64,000 nt of DNA from Azolla caroliniana (lineage: Eukaryota; Plantae; Polypodiophyta): the NCBI GenBank assembly GCA_043228905.1, contig JBHGNT010000005.1, positions 12,586,001 to 12,650,000 on the forward strand, read 5' to 3'. Every line of letters starts with the position of its first letter. Position 1 is the stretch's first letter. Shown piece after piece: positions 61,803 through 64,000 of this stretch. Under the pieces are notes generated by a model, which saw only the letters and a list, made by a program, of their open reading frames with translations, was not told the DNA's origin and searched no databases. A program made the position numbers and the translations under genes.

Positions 61803-62505
61803 GGTGGAGTATGAGTTAGAGGGGGGGTTTCAACAAATGGGGTAAAAAAAGGTGGGGGGGGCGAATGAAAATTAGATAAAGGAGGGGGAGGGGTAGTATG
61901 TGAATTAGGGGCAAAATAGGAGGAGGCATGAGTTAGATTATCGGGAAGTAATGCAGGTGCATGGATAAGATATGGAAATAATTGAGAAGGAGAGGGGAGG
62001 GGAGGAGGCATTTGTTCATAGAGGTTGCCTCCATATGAAGACAAAGGGGGATGTGAGGAGGGAACAGAGAAAGGGGAGTAATTAGGGTTCTAAAAACATG
62101 AGAGGTGAGGTTGTTGTGAGCATGGATGAGGGGTTGGAAGGAGGGGCGGTGCGAATGTCTATCGACTACCTTGCGCAGTCCCAAACAACGCGCCATGTAG
62201 GGAGGGGGAAGGGTGCACGAGATGGCTGTCCAACACAGTCCCATACTCGTTTACAATAGGGGGGGGGGGGAATGATTGATGAAAGAGGCCGCGATCAACC
62301 ACGGCATGTTGTTGAGTATTGTGAGGTGAATCATGTTTCTGTGATGTCCAATTATCATAGGGCGTACCATGTGTACGACGAAGAAGGGGCGGCGGCAGGA
62401 AGTTTTGTTGGCGGCTTTGATTCGTAATAGAGTGTCGAAATTGTTTCCTTGAAATGTTTGGCAAGTGCAGCTGACGATAGTATGGTGGATGGAGCTCGGC
62501 GACAG

Positions 62506-64000
62506 TGTTAGGAGCCGGAGGACTTGTATGAGCGTGGAGATGACCGAGGCCTATCGTTGCAAATGCTTGTGGTGAGCGGTAATGGTGCAGTTCAGAAGCA
62601 CTCGTGCGTTCTGCGGAGCAAAGTCAGCCTCCCGAAAACCTGCCCAAAGAAAATACAGAGAAAGATGGAGGAGAAGAGCTCGGTCCCAGTCCAACAGCAC
62701 TTCGTCCTCGACAAAAGCGATCCCTTTTACGATTCCTCTCCCTCACTTTTATAGCCCAAGGAGGGAGCCCGTTACAACTTGTTACATCATCTTTATTCTC
62801 TGTCCTTTCGAACAGAGATATGCCTCGATTTCCTACCTATCAAATACACGCAACCTAGGATATTCACATCAGCCGACTTGTACCTAAATATGTATATTAC
62901 AACAAAACTTGTGCCCGCGTGTAAGGGCCGGTTCGCACACATCATTCTCCAATTCCTCCTAGGGACGGTTTTCTCCATGACATCCTCCTGCACCTAACCA
63001 CGCATCCACCGGTATGCGCCAAAATAGACTCTTTCAGGAGAAGACTGGCCCGCGCTTACCCTTCGTCCTCCGGATCTCCATTCACTCCGAACCGGTCGTC
63101 CTCGCTATCCAAATCGTCCGGGTCCAATCTTCATCCTCGTGCCGCTTTTCGAATGCTTTGATCCTTTTTCCGGCCACTAGTATTGCCATCCTCGTCCCAT
63201 CAAGCTCCGTGAGATGATAGGTCCCGTTGTCATTGGCTCTTATCACCACGTAAGGCCCGAACCACTTCCTTGCAAACTTCCAGATCGCCTTGTGTTGGTT
63301 ATCGAGGCAACTGTCATATACTAGAACCCAACCGCCTTCCTCAATTTTCTTCGGCCTTAGTCGGTGACTCCGGTCGAATCGTCCCTTGTTCTTTACCCTC
63401 GCGGCCCATAGCTTTTCCGCAGCTCGTTCCACATCCTCCGGTCTTCGCTCGAGTTGTCGGATCCAAGCCGCTAAAAGCTCCTCCCGGCTAATCTCGTCTC
63501 TCCAGCCCATCGTGGCCCATGAGGGGATCGTTCACTCCATTGGCATGACCGGCTTCTGCCCGTACATCAGCTCCGCCGGCATGAACCCAGTTACCGAACT
63601 GTGTGTAGTTCGGTCGGCCCACAACGCATAGGGTAAGAGCTGCGACCAGTTTCCGACTTGGCCTCCACATGCCCGCACTAACACTTTGACGATCGGCCCG
63701 TGTCCGCATTCCACCTTCCCGTTCGCCTCCAGATTGTACGCCTTGTGTTGGTTATCGAGGCAACTATCATATACTAGAACCCAATCGCCTTCCTCAATTT
63801 TCTTCGGCCTTAGTCGGTGACTCCGGTCGAATCGTCCCTTGTTTTTTACCCTCGCGGCCCGTAGCTTTTCCGCAGCTCGTTCCACATCCTCCGGTCTTCG
63901 CTCGAGCTGTCGGATCCACGCCGCTAACAGCTCCTCCCGACTCATCTCGTCTCTCCAGCCCATCGTGGCCCATGAGGGGATCGTTCGCTCCATTGGCATG
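62506..64000 (-). mobile_element. Ty3/gypsy family G 3' end: integrase C-terminus with a 453-bp duplication; LTR about 62506-62982
   Basis: EANGKVE, YALWADRTT, ELMYGQKP and WFGPY. TG..CA LTR after a purine tract. Confidence 0.85.

Larger units (their letters stand above)
59300..62500 (-). mobile_element. Degenerate Penelope-like retroelement (RT about 61400-59700), no GIY-YIG endonuclease recognised; Pro-rich upstream region
   Basis: PLE-type motifs IHNLSKHPLT..LLSLGLKYIP, ADKNMGVCVLD, RPICS, SFDVESLYPSIP, QIKGTTMG, RYIDD, FLDI, YLPFSSDHP and SRGYP. Confidence 0.88.

Overview
Eukaryotic, almost certainly plant, heterochromatin-like window made mostly of nested retrotransposons. Tcn1-type chromoviruses and a Penelope-like element suggest a non-seed plant (inference). 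Contents: (i) Ty1/copia families, including one apparently intact element (10882-16607, TSD TGGAT), two young copies with inactivating mutations (38904-44443 and 53490-58794) and several older remnants; (ii) Ty3/gypsy remnants, including two chromoviruses and a non-autonomous minisatellite-filled derivative with a Tf1-like self-priming PBS; (iii) a degenerate Penelope-like RT element with no recognisable endonuclease and a minimal hammerhead ribozyme at its 3' end. The most unusual non-LTR feature is a six-exon gene that can be spliced by hand (21494-25952, 618 aa: unknown domain, coiled coil, RING-H2-like finger). Its fifth intron is a 1.8-kb array of the palindrome TAGCTAATTAGCTA, and a diverged paralog lies convergently at about 32344-33327. 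All calls were made by eye without database searches, and remnant boundaries are approximate.
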